A stretch of DNA of 64,000 bases from Candidatus Woesearchaeota archaeon (GTDB lineage: Archaea; Nanobdellota; Nanobdellia; Pacearchaeales; GW2011-AR1): positions 1,159 to 65,158 of the forward strand of contig CAZKZO010000001.1 in assembly GCA_964557325.1 (NCBI GenBank), read 5' to 3'. The notes beneath the pieces were generated by a model, which was given only the letters and a program-made list of their open reading frames with translations, searched no databases and was not told the origin of the DNA. This document shows, piece after piece, positions 8,763 to 18,173 of the stretch. The first letter of the stretch is position 1, and the number at the start of each line of letters is the position of its first letter. The position numbers and the translations under genes were made by a program.

Positions 8763-10148
8763 ATGTTAGAAAAACTAAGTAGTGTATTAAAAAAGGCAAC
8801 AGATAAAATAGCTAATGCTATATTTCTTGATAAAAACATTATTGATTCTATTATAAGAGATTTACAAAGAGCACTTATAGAAGCAGATGTTAATGTCTCT
8901 TTAGTAAAAGAACTTACAGATAAAATAAAAAAAACAGCTTTAGACGAAAGAATAAAAGGTATAGAAAAAAAAGAACATCTGATTAAACTTCTTTATGATG
9001 AATTAATCAAAATACTTGGTGAATATAAAGAATTCAAACTTTCCAAAAACCAAAATAGAATTATGCTTTTAGGATTATATGGCGCTGGCAAAACAACAAC
9101 AATTGCAAAACTTGGAAATTATTTTGCAAAAAGAGGGAAAAAAGTAGCTTTAATAGGTTTAGATGTTCACAGACCTGCTGCTTCTGAGCAATTGGCTCAA
9201 CTTGCTAAAAATCATAAACTAAACTATTTTATTAATTTAAAAGAAAAAGACCCTATAAAAATATGGAAAAATTTTGAAAGTGATAATGCATTAAAATCCT
9301 ATGATGTGGTTTTAATAGATACTGCAGGAAGACACGCTTTAGATAAAAAACTTATAAATGAAATAAAATCTCTTGAAAAAACAATTAAACCAAAAGAAAA
9401 AATTCTTGTATTACCTGCAGATATTGGACAAGCAGCAAAAAAACAGTCTAAAGAATTTAAAGAATCTGTAAATATAACTGGTGTAATAATAACACGTATG
9501 GACTCAAGTGCAAAAGGAGGTGGGGCTTTAACAGCTTGTGCAGAAACAAATGCCCCTGTTTATTTTATAGGAACAGGTGAAAACATAAATGATCTAGAGC
9601 CGTTTAATCCAGAATCTTTCTTGTCCAGGCTTTTAGGAAAAGGAGATTTAAATACTTTAATTGAAAAAATCAGGTCTGTAACAGGAGAAACAGAACAAAA
9701 ACAATTACAAAAAAAACTTGAACAAGGAGCATTAGGACTAGAAGATGTTATTGAGCAAGTTAAATCTATGAATTCTATAGGTGGTTTTTCAAAAATAAAA
9801 GAAATGATTCCAGGATTTTCCAAAATCCAGAACAAAGTTTCTGAAGATGTCTTAGAAAACCAAGAAGCTAAAATTGCAAAATGGGAACATATCTTAAAAT
9901 CAATGACAAAAAAAGAAAAAGAAAACCCTGAATTATTTGAAGATAAAAAAACAGGAACTTCAAGAATTAACAGAGTAGCAAAAGGAGCAGGTGTAAACAA
10001 CAATGATGTTCGTTCTTTACTAAAACAATATAAATTATTAAATGAAATGATGTCTACAGGAAAAGACCTTGACATTTCAAAAGGTTTAAGCCAAAAACAA
10101 ATGCAAAAACTTGCAAAAAAATTCGGTAAAAGAAAAATGAGGTTTTGA
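8763..10148 (+). CDS. srp54: Signal recognition particle protein SRP54
   Basis: ALIEADVN, GLYGAGKTTT, DTAGR, M domain ILKSMT..E and RINRVAKGAG. Confidence 0.95.
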   Translation: MLEKLSSVLKKATDKIANAIFLDKNIIDSIIRDLQRALIEADVNVSLVKELTDKIKKTALDERIKGIEKKEHLIKLLYDELIKILGEYKEFKLSKNQNRIMLLGLYGAGKTTTIAKLGNYFAKRGKKVALIGLDVHRPAASEQLAQLAKNHKLNYFINLKEKDPIKIWKNFESDNALKSYDVVLIDTAGRHALDKKLINEIKSLEKTIKPKEKILVLPADIGQAAKKQSKEFKESVNITGVIITRMDSSAKGGGALTACAETNAPVYFIGTGENINDLEPFNPESFLSRLLGKGDLNTLIEKIRSVTGETEQKQLQKKLEQGALGLEDVIEQVKSMNSIGGFSKIKEMIPGFSKIQNKVSEDVLENQEAKIAKWEHILKSMTKKEKENPELFEDKKTGTSRINRVAKGAGVNNNDVRSLLKQYKLLNEMMSTGKDLDISKGLSQKQMQKLAKKFGKRKMRF

Positions 10149-10154
10149 TTTAAT

Positions 10155-10703
10155 TTAATTTAATTTAAATCCCACACTAAGTGCAAATCCTGAAGAATCA
10201 ATATTTCCTGTATGAGACCTATAAGTTAAATCTATAATGCCTCTTTCTCCAAAATCAGTTCCAATCCCTAAAATCAAGCCTTCTGATTCCAGGCTTCCTG
10301 TATTACTTTCACCTTTATACTTGACATTTTCCCTTAATTGAGTATAAATAAAACCTCCCATAAAATAAAAATCCTCTGATTGATACCTTAATCCGCTTTC
10401 CAAAGAAAGCATAGTCATGTAAGAATCTGCATCACCATAACCTTGTCCTGACAAATCACCCTTGCCTGCTAAAAATTCTAAACCAATTTGAAAAGAATTT
10501 ACAACAAAATTAAATCTTCCTCCTCCAAAAGCAGTATAAATTTCAGCAACATCTTCATTTAATTCTTTGTAAAGAGATAAAGATGCAACACCATATCTTT
10601 GTGGACTTTCTTCTACCTTATTTTCTTGTGCAGAACCAGAAAAAGGACAAGTCAAAGCACCTGCAAAAAATAAAGGTGCTAAAACTTTATTTGTTAATCC
10701 CAT
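10155..10703 (-). CDS. Secreted protein resembling an 8-stranded outer-membrane beta-barrel
   Basis: Signal peptide (..GSA/QE) then about 8 amphipathic Gly/aromatic strands ending GFALSVGFKLN. Confidence 0.6.
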   Translation of the reverse strand: MGLTNKVLAPLFFAGALTCPFSGSAQENKVEESPQRYGVASLSLYKELNEDVAEIYTAFGGGRFNFVVNSFQIGLEFLAGKGDLSGQGYGDADSYMTMLSLESGLRYQSEDFYFMGGFIYTQLRENVKYKGESNTGSLESEGLILGIGTDFGERGIIDLTYRSHTGNIDSSGFALSVGFKLN

Positions 10704-10806
10704 AAATAATATATTAAAAAATAGTATTTAAAGATTATTATATTAAAGAATAATTTTATTTTGAATCTAAGAAAACATTTTTAAAATTAAATAATCTATT
10801 TTAAAT

Positions 10807-11196
10807 ATGAAATACAAAATATTATTTATATTTGCATTAATTTCTTTAATAAATTCAATAGCTCTCTCAGCAATTCCTGTAGATAAAACATGTGCAATAA
10901 GTGGTTGTGAAACAGTTCATACTTCTGTCTATAATTTTACTTTTGGAATTCAAAACAGTTATTTTGGTGTTGCAATATTTCTGATTTTAAGTATACTTAT
11001 ATATTCACAAATAAAAAATCCTACCAAGGAAAAAAGAAATTACATACACTTTGCTATAATTTTAGGCTCCATAATATCAATTTATTTTATTTACATTCAG
11101 CAATTTGTAATTAAAAATTATTGTCGATTTTGCCTTGTAATTGATATAAGCTTGATTATTTCTTTAATAGTAATTCTATCTAATTGGGAAAAGTAA
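10807..11196 (+). CDS. Vitamin K epoxide reductase (VKOR) family protein
   Basis: C....CETVHTS loop, FGI.NS.FG, CRFC motif, 4 TM. Confidence 0.88.
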   Translation: MKYKILFIFALISLINSIALSAIPVDKTCAISGCETVHTSVYNFTFGIQNSYFGVAIFLILSILIYSQIKNPTKEKRNYIHFAIILGSIISIYFIYIQQFVIKNYCRFCLVIDISLIISLIVILSNWEK

Positions 11197-11199
11197 AAA

Positions 11200-11856
11200 A
11201 TGCTTAAAAAACAAAAAATAATACAACAAGGAGCAGAAGCTGTAATTATTAAAAACAATTCAAAAATAATAAAAAAAAGGATCAAGAAATCTTATAGACA
11301 CAAAGATCTTGATGAAAAAATCCGTAAGCTAAGAACACGTTCTGAAGGAAAACTTTTGAAAAAAGCTTCAAAAGTTACTAGTATTCCAAAGATGAAAAAA
11401 ATTGATGAAAAAAATAAAGAAATTATTATGGATTTTATTAAAGGGAAAAAACTTTCAGAAAATCTTAACAAATTCTCATTAAAAAAACAAGAAAAAATTT
11501 GTCTAGAAATTGGAAAAGAAATATCTAATATTCATAATATAAATCTTATCCATGGAGATTTAACAACCAGCAATATGATTTTAGTTGAAAACAACGATAA
11601 AAAATCAAATAAAAAACCTTTAGAAATATACTTCCTAGATTTTGGATTAGGGTATCACAGCAGAAAAGACGAGGATAAAGCAGTAGATTTACATCTTTTA
11701 AGACAAGCCTTAGAAGCAAAACACTCTAAAACCTGGAAAAAACTTTTTAGTAAAGTAATTCAAGGATATAAAAAAAAGGATAAAAAACTTTCAGAAAAAA
11801 TAATTAATAGAATAAAAAAAGTTGAGTCCCGTGGAAGATATAAAAACAGATTTTAA
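11200..11856 (+). CDS. bud32: KEOPS kinase Bud32
   Basis: QGAEA, IHGDLTTSNMI, DFGLG, DKAVDL, RGRY. Confidence 0.95.
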   Translation: MLKKQKIIQQGAEAVIIKNNSKIIKKRIKKSYRHKDLDEKIRKLRTRSEGKLLKKASKVTSIPKMKKIDEKNKEIIMDFIKGKKLSENLNKFSLKKQEKICLEIGKEISNIHNINLIHGDLTTSNMILVENNDKKSNKKPLEIYFLDFGLGYHSRKDEDKAVDLHLLRQALEAKHSKTWKKLFSKVIQGYKKKDKKLSEKIINRIKKVESRGRYKNRF

Positions 11857-11908
11857 AAAAGAAAATCTTATAAACAAAATTCTTCTTTCGTAGTTAAGAA
11901 AAATGTCA

Positions 11909-11981
11909 AGCCCTGTAGTACAGTGGTCAAGTATGCAGCCCTTTGAAGGCTGAGACCCAGGTTCGAATCCTGGCAGGGCTA
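11909..11981 (+). tRNA. tRNA-Gln(TTG)
   Basis: Acceptor AGCCCTG/CAGGGCT (A1-U72), anticodon arm CAGCC-CTTTGAA-GGCTG. Confidence 0.95.
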
Positions 11982-12029
11982 TGAAACTTTATGTCTGATT
12001 TTGTGGCTTTTAGAAATATTTATATATTC

Positions 12030-12050
12030 CGTATAATTATTAATTATACG
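12030..12050 (+). promoter_or_regulatory. Operator of toxin-antitoxin operon
   Basis: Perfect inverted repeat CGTATAATTA-T-TAATTATACG directly before the antitoxin ATG. Confidence 0.7.
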
Positions 12051-12275
12051 ATGACCATCCAAACAAAGGCAAAAATAAGAGAATGGGGAAACTCTTTTGG
12101 CATAGTTATACCCCGAGAATTGGTTATTAAAGAAGGAATAAAAGTTAACGATAAAGTTAATATAAGCATTGATAAAAAACAAACTTTAGAAAATTTTTTC
12201 GGAAAAGGTATGGGAAAGATAAAAGATACTCAAAAAGAAAAAAATGATATAAGAAAATTATGGAAAATGAAGTAG
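12051..12275 (+). CDS. vapB: AbrB/MazE-type antitoxin
   Basis: KIREWGNSFGIVIP. Confidence 0.88.
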   Translation: MTIQTKAKIREWGNSFGIVIPRELVIKEGIKVNDKVNISIDKKQTLENFFGKGMGKIKDTQKEKNDIRKLWKMK

Positions 12276-12640
12276 CATTCTTTTTTGATAGTTATGCTTT
12301 AATTGAGATCTATGAGAGAAACCCAAAATATAAAAAATATTCTAAGGTAAATGTTGTAACTTCTTATTTTCAGATTTATGAAGTTTACCATAGTTTAATA
12401 AGAAATAGTTATAGCTCAGAAGAAATTAAAGATTTTTTTGAATTTTTGCAAAACCTTTGTATCGAGCTTAAATTTGAATGGATACCCATGTCTGTTGAAT
12501 TAAGACGAAAATATTCTAAAAGAGATCTCTCTTATGCAGATTGTTTAGGCTATGTTATTGCAGAAGAATTAAAGATAAAATTCTTAACAGGTGACAAAGA
12601 ATTTGAAGATTTGCCTAATGTGGAGTTTATTAAAAAGTAG
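12260..12640 (+). CDS. vapC: PIN-domain toxin
   Basis: FFDSYALIE, E, LSYADC, LTGDKEF acidic PIN residues. Confidence 0.9.
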   Translation: MENEVAFFFDSYALIEIYERNPKYKKYSKVNVVTSYFQIYEVYHSLIRNSYSSEEIKDFFEFLQNLCIELKFEWIPMSVELRRKYSKRDLSYADCLGYVIAEELKIKFLTGDKEFEDLPNVEFIKK

Positions 12641-12852
12641 CTGGTTGTTAAGCTTATTAAATGTTTATATGATCCTTTTGTTTTAGATTTAATTATAAAT
12701 TATTTGAAAAACCGAATAATAATTCAAAAAATAAGCATATTAACTGTTAACCTTTGTTAACTATCAAATAAAATACCTTTTGTATCTCTACACCCTGAGA
12801 TATGGACAAAATGTTCTACAGCCAGCAGGGCTATTATTCTAATGTAACAAAA

Positions 12853-13653
12853 CTATTTTCTACTAAAAACACTTTCATAAAAAATATCTCTATTAATTTC
12901 TTGTTTTTTAGGTTTTACTTTTCTAATAAAATCTTTTAGCATTGTTTGTTTATATTTTTCTCCTGACATAGCAGCTGCAAGTTTCTTCATTTCAACACTT
13001 CCCTTTGCATTAGGCTTATGAAACACAAAAGGCTCCATATGAGAAAGTGCTTTTATTATATTTTTATCATAAGGTATAACAGCTAAAACAGGCATATCTA
13101 AAGAATTTTCAACACTTTCCAAAGGAACTTCAAATCTTTTACCATAAAACTTATTTATTATTATTCCGGAAATAGGTGTACCTCTATTTTTAGCAAGTCT
13201 AACAGCCTTAATTGTTGTGCTTAAAGTTGCATGGTCAGGTGTAGTTACTACAAAAACCTCGTCAGATGCCAAAATAACACCAAGAGTTTCTGCATTTAAA
13301 GCAGGAGAAGAATCTAAAAAAATAACATCATATTTTCTTTTCAAACTCCTTAATCTATTTTTAAGATTCAAAGGATTTACTTTTATTTTTTCATAAAGAG
13401 AAGCAGGCAGAACATCAAAACCCTCATATTCATAAATAGCATCAGAAAGATTTGCACTTCTATTTAAAACATGGTGTAATGTTCTTTCAGGGTCAATAAT
13501 ATTTAAATGCAAACCCAAATTAGGAGAAGAAAGATTTCCATCCACAACTAAAACCTTTTTACCTCTTTCAGAAAGAGCAGCTCCAAGAGAAGCAACTGTA
13601 GTTGTTTTTCCAACACCACCTTTTAAACTAACCACCCCGATTATTTTTCCCAT
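12853..13653 (-). CDS. minD: MinD-family ATPase
   Basis: KGGVGKTT deviant Walker A, DGNLSSPNL, LDSSP. Confidence 0.88.
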   Translation of the reverse strand: MGKIIGVVSLKGGVGKTTTVASLGAALSERGKKVLVVDGNLSSPNLGLHLNIIDPERTLHHVLNRSANLSDAIYEYEGFDVLPASLYEKIKVNPLNLKNRLRSLKRKYDVIFLDSSPALNAETLGVILASDEVFVVTTPDHATLSTTIKAVRLAKNRGTPISGIIINKFYGKRFEVPLESVENSLDMPVLAVIPYDKNIIKALSHMEPFVFHKPNAKGSVEMKKLAAAMSGEKYKQTMLKDFIRKVKPKKQEINRDIFYESVFSRK

Positions 13654-13693
13654 GATAATTTTAATTTAATTTAATTTAAATAACTTTGGAAAA

Positions 13694-14416
13694 TCAGAAT
13701 TTTTTTCCGTTTTTCCACATAAAATCAAAATAACTTTTATATGCCTTAGCAGCAGATTCATTTTCAATAATTATTCCTTCTGGCTCATCTGTCCAAATTA
13801 AAATAGCTATTTTATTTCCATAAATATTTGTAACAGCAGGACTTTCAGTTATTTTAGGAATATATTTGTGATTCTTTGAAGAGATATCTATTTCTTTCCT
13901 ATCTTTCCTACAAACCATATAAGTTTTCATTCCTTTTTCTTTTTTCATTCTAAGAAATTGATATGCAAACTCAGGCATTCTTTCTGAAAACTGCCCTTCA
14001 GAACCAAAAACATAATTATCTTTTCCTTCTTTAATCATATCTAAAAAAATTGTTTTAATTCCTTTAATTCCCTTAAATAATCTTACTTGTCCTTCAATTT
14101 TAGTTCGTTTATGTCTTTCTTGAAGCTCTGGAAGAATTGATCTTATATCTTCTTCTTGCTCTTTTAAATATTCAAGAATTCTTTTAGGGCCTGCAGCTTG
14201 AAACCATTTTACTTTTCCTACAAGAACGTAACTCACAAAACCTTTTTCAAGAAGAAGTTTCAACGCATTATACGCACTACTCCTATCAAGTTTAGCATAC
14301 TTAGCAATCTTTCCCGCCTTGCTTGACCCATAATCATTCAAAACAAGATATACTTTGGCCTCGTTAGGACTCAATCCAATACGCTCAAGAACGTTTTTTG
14401 TTTTATTGACATTCAT
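13694..14416 (-). CDS. TrmB family transcriptional regulator
   Basis: GLSPNEAKVY..L wHTH; C-terminal sensor-like domain ending F..MW. Confidence 0.88.
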   Translation of the reverse strand: MNVNKTKNVLERIGLSPNEAKVYLVLNDYGSSKAGKIAKYAKLDRSSAYNALKLLLEKGFVSYVLVGKVKWFQAAGPKRILEYLKEQEEDIRSILPELQERHKRTKIEGQVRLFKGIKGIKTIFLDMIKEGKDNYVFGSEGQFSERMPEFAYQFLRMKKEKGMKTYMVCRKDRKEIDISSKNHKYIPKITESPAVTNIYGNKIAILIWTDEPEGIIIENESAAKAYKSYFDFMWKNGKKF

Positions 14417-14482
14417 GAAAAAGAAAAAGCTCACCTCTTTTTAAATCTGTTGTAGATTTTTCTACTTCAGAATTACGGGAAA

Positions 14483-15124
14483 TTACCTTCTTTTACGGAG
14501 ACCTCTAAAAGCTATGGATTTTGCGTTTGGCCAAACATTTTGATAAAACTCTAACAGCCTTTTTTCTCCAAAAGCCTCAGACAATACATCTCTTGGAAGA
14601 GGGTCAGCAGCTATCTCAATAGTGCCTGTACGCACAAAGTTGCTAGGCAGATCATTTTTTCTATACATTCGATAAGAAGTATATCCTCTAAAGATATTTT
14701 TTTCTCCTAATCCTTCAGTCATAACTTGATGATAAGAAAGACCTTCACTATAAGATCTTCCCGTGATAAGATAGTTTATCGTAGGATTATCAGAAAATGC
14801 TAACGAATAAAACTCCAATGTTCCTTCGTTTAATTCAAGAATCCATCTATGCCTAACATATCCTCCCTCTAAGATATTCTTGCCTTCTTTTAATCCTGCA
14901 GAAGGAATGAACGAATCAAATTCCCCATTTATTATTCCCCTATACAAATCCCGAGAATTTTTGGGATAATCTTTCGGAATTGCTCCTTCATAATTCCTTA
15001 AGAATCCTAAAATACTTTGATCTGCAGGTAAGTGAAAATCAATTCCCAAAATTCCGAACTTTAATTTAGTGGGCCTATGCATCAAATTTCTTTTTTTCCC
15101 TATCCCTTTTAATTCTTCACTCAT
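14483..15124 (-). CDS. Hypothetical protein, paralog of 15848-16303
   Basis: Shares YHQ and FGEKRLLE.Y..VWP.A with 15848-16303; GGAGGTGA SD upstream. Confidence 0.7.
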   Translation of the reverse strand: MSEELKGIGKKRNLMHRPTKLKFGILGIDFHLPADQSILGFLRNYEGAIPKDYPKNSRDLYRGIINGEFDSFIPSAGLKEGKNILEGGYVRHRWILELNEGTLEFYSLAFSDNPTINYLITGRSYSEGLSYHQVMTEGLGEKNIFRGYTSYRMYRKNDLPSNFVRTGTIEIAADPLPRDVLSEAFGEKRLLEFYQNVWPNAKSIAFRGLRKRR

Positions 15125-15196
15125 CTTCCTTCACCTCCCTCCACTCTGTGTAAAAACCCAGAAAATCTAGGTTTGTGTGAATTTTCTTTTCCGTTC

Positions 15197-15349
15197 TCAA
15201 GCCGCAAGTTTTGCTTCAAGTCTTTCAATCTCTTCTGCATATCTTATAGTTGTCTCGCTGTTTAATCTTCTTGGTCCGCAAAGTGTCCTTAATCTTGCCC
15301 AATTTCGCTTCAGCTCAGAGATTTTTGCCTTGATTTCTTCCTGTTGCAT
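15197..15349 (-). CDS. Small helical protein (50 aa)
   Basis: Manual: MQQEEIKAKISELKRNWARLRTLCGPRRLNSETTIRYAEEIERLEAKLAA; GGAGG SD. Confidence 0.6.
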   Translation of the reverse strand: MQQEEIKAKISELKRNWARLRTLCGPRRLNSETTIRYAEEIERLEAKLAA

Positions 15350-15399
15350 GGTTTTTCCTCCATTCTAAAAACTAAACCGTAAAGCTCTACTTAAACCTA

Positions 15400-15421
15400 T
15401 GTTGTAGAATATTCTTCAACA
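15400..15421. promoter_or_regulatory. Palindromic operator in divergent promoter
   Basis: TGTTGTAGAATATTCTTCAACA; related TGTTGTAGATTTTTCTAC at 14448-14465 upstream of the TrmB gene. Confidence 0.6.
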
Positions 15422-15455
15422 GAGTTATTTATACTTTCCAAAATGTATTATTCTA

Positions 15456-15845
15456 ATGACAACAAAAGAAAAATACCTCGAGCAGAAAAGAGAAGTAAAA
15501 AATATAGCAAGAAATGTGGGCCGGAAAAAAATAAACGCCTTGGAAGCCGCACTTCAAATAGACAAAACCATAAGGGGAATAACAGGAGTCACCTACAAAA
15601 CAGGAAAAGTTCTCACGATAAGAAACCACAGTAACAAATTCTCCATAGATGAAAGAATTCTCGGTAAAGTTGCATCAGAGCTTGCAGTAATAGGTTACTG
15701 GCGAGCAGAACAAAATGGAAGCAAAGAACCCGGAGAAGTCCACATCGGCAAGGGCTGCAGCACAAAACACTACAAAGAAGGCTTCAGAAACTACCAACAA
15801 CAAGTTCTTCAAGCTTACAATACAGCTGAAAGGAGGTGCGCATAA
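15456..15845 (+). CDS. Hypothetical protein
   Basis: 129-aa ORF after TTTATA box, coupled to the next ORF. Confidence 0.6.
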   Translation: MTTKEKYLEQKREVKNIARNVGRKKINALEAALQIDKTIRGITGVTYKTGKVLTIRNHSNKFSIDERILGKVASELAVIGYWRAEQNGSKEPGEVHIGKGCSTKHYKEGFRNYQQQVLQAYNTAERRCA

Positions 15846-15847
15846 AA

Positions 15848-16303
15848 ATGAATAAAGATGAACAGAGGACTAAAAAAGGGCTTGTTATGAAAATACAAGA
15901 AAAGGATATAAGAATAAATGGGTTTAACCATAAATTTATTGTTGGACATGGAGAAGAAGGACCAGAATTCCACACTTCCTTGCACAGTCCAGAACTAATT
16001 AAAACAATCTGGGCAGATCCTCTTGATAGATTTATAGAGACTACTGAATATATCAGTGAAATCTACCATCAGGAGATTGCAAAAAAAGCAGGAATAGATG
16101 TAGAAAAGAAAGGGCATGTGTTGGGAGGAGGATTCGCAAGATACATTGAATCAGAGAAAACAGTTCAGCTTGAAGGAGAATCTATGCAATACGGTTACAT
16201 ATCTCAAGAATTCTTGAAAGAACATTTTGGAGAAAAAAGACTTTTAGAACTTTATAAAAAGGTTTGGCCTGAAGCAGAAAATCTAAAATACAGTATGGGT
16301 TAA
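15848..16303 (+). CDS. Janus/Ocnus (PHPT1 phosphohistidine phosphatase)-like protein
   Basis: HKFIV ... YHQEI ... VLGGG ... VQLEGESMQYG follows the Janus motif order; GGAGG SD. Confidence 0.5.
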   Translation: MNKDEQRTKKGLVMKIQEKDIRINGFNHKFIVGHGEEGPEFHTSLHSPELIKTIWADPLDRFIETTEYISEIYHQEIAKKAGIDVEKKGHVLGGGFARYIESEKTVQLEGESMQYGYISQEFLKEHFGEKRLLELYKKVWPEAENLKYSMG

Positions 16304-16408
16304 CCTGGATATTAGAAATCAAAAAAGAGGTGAACTTCTTCTCCAAAGTAACCTTTTCCCAAAAAGCCACACACAAAGTTTAAAAACAAAACTCTTTATG
16401 TAAATAAC

Positions 16409-16750
16409 ATGCCAGAAAAGAAAACTAAAACAAAAGCAAAGAAAAAGCTTAGCCAAGCAGAATTTGAAAAAAAAGTTCTTGAATTAGCTAAAAAAGGTTT
16501 AACAGCAGAGAAAATAGGAGAAACACTAAGAAACCAAAAAATTCATCCTAAAGAATACTCCAAAAAAATATCTCATATTTTAAAAGAAAAAAATGCTTAT
16601 ATCGACCCTGATTTAAAAAATGTTGAAGAAAAATTAAAAAGAATAGAAAAACATACTGAAACAAATAAGCAAGATAAAAAAGCTATAAGAGAAAGGTCAA
16701 GGATTTTTTCAGGATTAAGAAAACTTAAAAAATACAATAAAGCTCTCTAA
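16409..16750 (+). CDS. rps15: Ribosomal protein S15 (uS15)
   Basis: ELAKKG..AEKIG..LR, H...NKQDKKA.R. Confidence 0.85.
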   Translation: MPEKKTKTKAKKKLSQAEFEKKVLELAKKGLTAEKIGETLRNQKIHPKEYSKKISHILKEKNAYIDPDLKNVEEKLKRIEKHTETNKQDKKAIRERSRIFSGLRKLKKYNKAL

Positions 16751-16799
16751 TATTTAATTTTTAAAAAGAGGAAACTGGGTTTTTTCACTAAAACTTAAA

Positions 16800-18149
16800 A
16801 TGACATCAAAAAGAAAAAGCACTTTGGAAAATGAAATAGTATTTCTAAAAGATAAATTTTTAGAAAAAATAAAAAATAATAAAGAAATCTATTTAGTCAG
16901 TCACTTTGATACTGATGGTATTAGCTCAGCTGCAATAATGATAAAAACCTTACAAAAATTAGATAAAAGATTTAGTGTAAAAATCCTCAAATCCTTAAAC
17001 AAAGAGTTTATTGAAAACCTTCCAAAAGACAAAATAATTCTCTTTTTAGATTTAGCATCAGGAAGCCTCAATCAGTTAAAAGAAACAAGAATTGAAGATA
17101 TATTTATTATTGACCATCATGAAATCAATCAAAAAATTCCTGAAAATGTTTCAATATTAAATCCTGTTCTAAATGGAAAGGAAAAAATAAGTGCATCTGG
17201 ACTAACTTATTTATTCTGCAAAGAAATAAATAAAGAAAACAAGGAATTTGCAAAATTAGCAGTATTAGGAATGATTGGAGACCAATTAGAAAAAGAAATA
17301 GACAAATTAAATAACCATGTTCTTAAAGATAGTGAAATAAAAAAGAAAAGAGGACTCTTAATCTACCCCTCTACACGTCCTATAAATAGGACATTAGAAT
17401 ACAGCTCACAACCTTATATACCTGGAGTTACAGGAGATAGTGAAGGAGTAAGAGAATTGTTAAGAGAAGCAGGAATAAACCCAGAAAACGGCAAATACAA
17501 AAGTCTTATAGAACTTAATGAAGAAGAAATGAAAAACCTTATCACAGGAATCATACTGAGAAACCCTAAATCAAAAAATAAAGATTTTATAGGAGACATC
17601 TTTCTTATAAAAATATATAATAAATTAGAAGATGCAAGAGAATTAAGTGCAAGAATAAATGCATGTTCAAGGCTTGGAGAAAGTACAACAGCATTAAAAT
17701 TTTGTATGGAAACATCTTCTGCAAGAAAAAAAGCTGAAGAAATTCATGTCAAATACAAACAACATATTATTTCTGGATTAGAATATGCAGAAAAAGCAAA
17801 AAAAATACAAGGAAAAAACCTTATAATTATAAATGCAAAAGACAATATCAAAGATACTATTGCAGGAACAATTGCAAGCATTCTTTCAAATTCTTCAATA
17901 TATGAAAAAGGAACAATAATTACAACAATGGCATATTATGAGGATAAAATCAAGGTTTCAGCAAGGATAAGCGGAAGAGAAAGTAACGGAAAAAATTTAA
18001 GAGAAATTCTTGAAGCAGTTATCAATGAGGTTGGTGGGGAAACAGGAGGACATGAACTAGCAGCAGGATGCATAATAGACCAAGATAAAGAAGAAAAATT
18101 CATCAGCACACTTAAAAAAGTCTGTGAAATTGAATTAGTAAAGATTTAA
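16800..18149 (+). CDS. RecJ/Cdc45-like DHH phosphoesterase
   Basis: SHFDTDG, IDHHE, GMIGD, GGHELAAG; follows rps15. Confidence 0.88.
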   Translation: MTSKRKSTLENEIVFLKDKFLEKIKNNKEIYLVSHFDTDGISSAAIMIKTLQKLDKRFSVKILKSLNKEFIENLPKDKIILFLDLASGSLNQLKETRIEDIFIIDHHEINQKIPENVSILNPVLNGKEKISASGLTYLFCKEINKENKEFAKLAVLGMIGDQLEKEIDKLNNHVLKDSEIKKKRGLLIYPSTRPINRTLEYSSQPYIPGVTGDSEGVRELLREAGINPENGKYKSLIELNEEEMKNLITGIILRNPKSKNKDFIGDIFLIKIYNKLEDARELSARINACSRLGESTTALKFCMETSSARKKAEEIHVKYKQHIISGLEYAEKAKKIQGKNLIIINAKDNIKDTIAGTIASILSNSSIYEKGTIITTMAYYEDKIKVSARISGRESNGKNLREILEAVINEVGGETGGHELAAGCIIDQDKEEKFISTLKKVCEIELVKI

Positions 18150-18173
18150 AACCTCTTTATTTTTCCTATTTCT

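Larger units (their letters stand above)
11973..12834. mobile_element. Mini-island at tRNA-Gln 3' end carrying vapBC
   Basis: GCAGGGCTAT at 11973-11982 repeated at 12825-12834. Confidence 0.55.
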
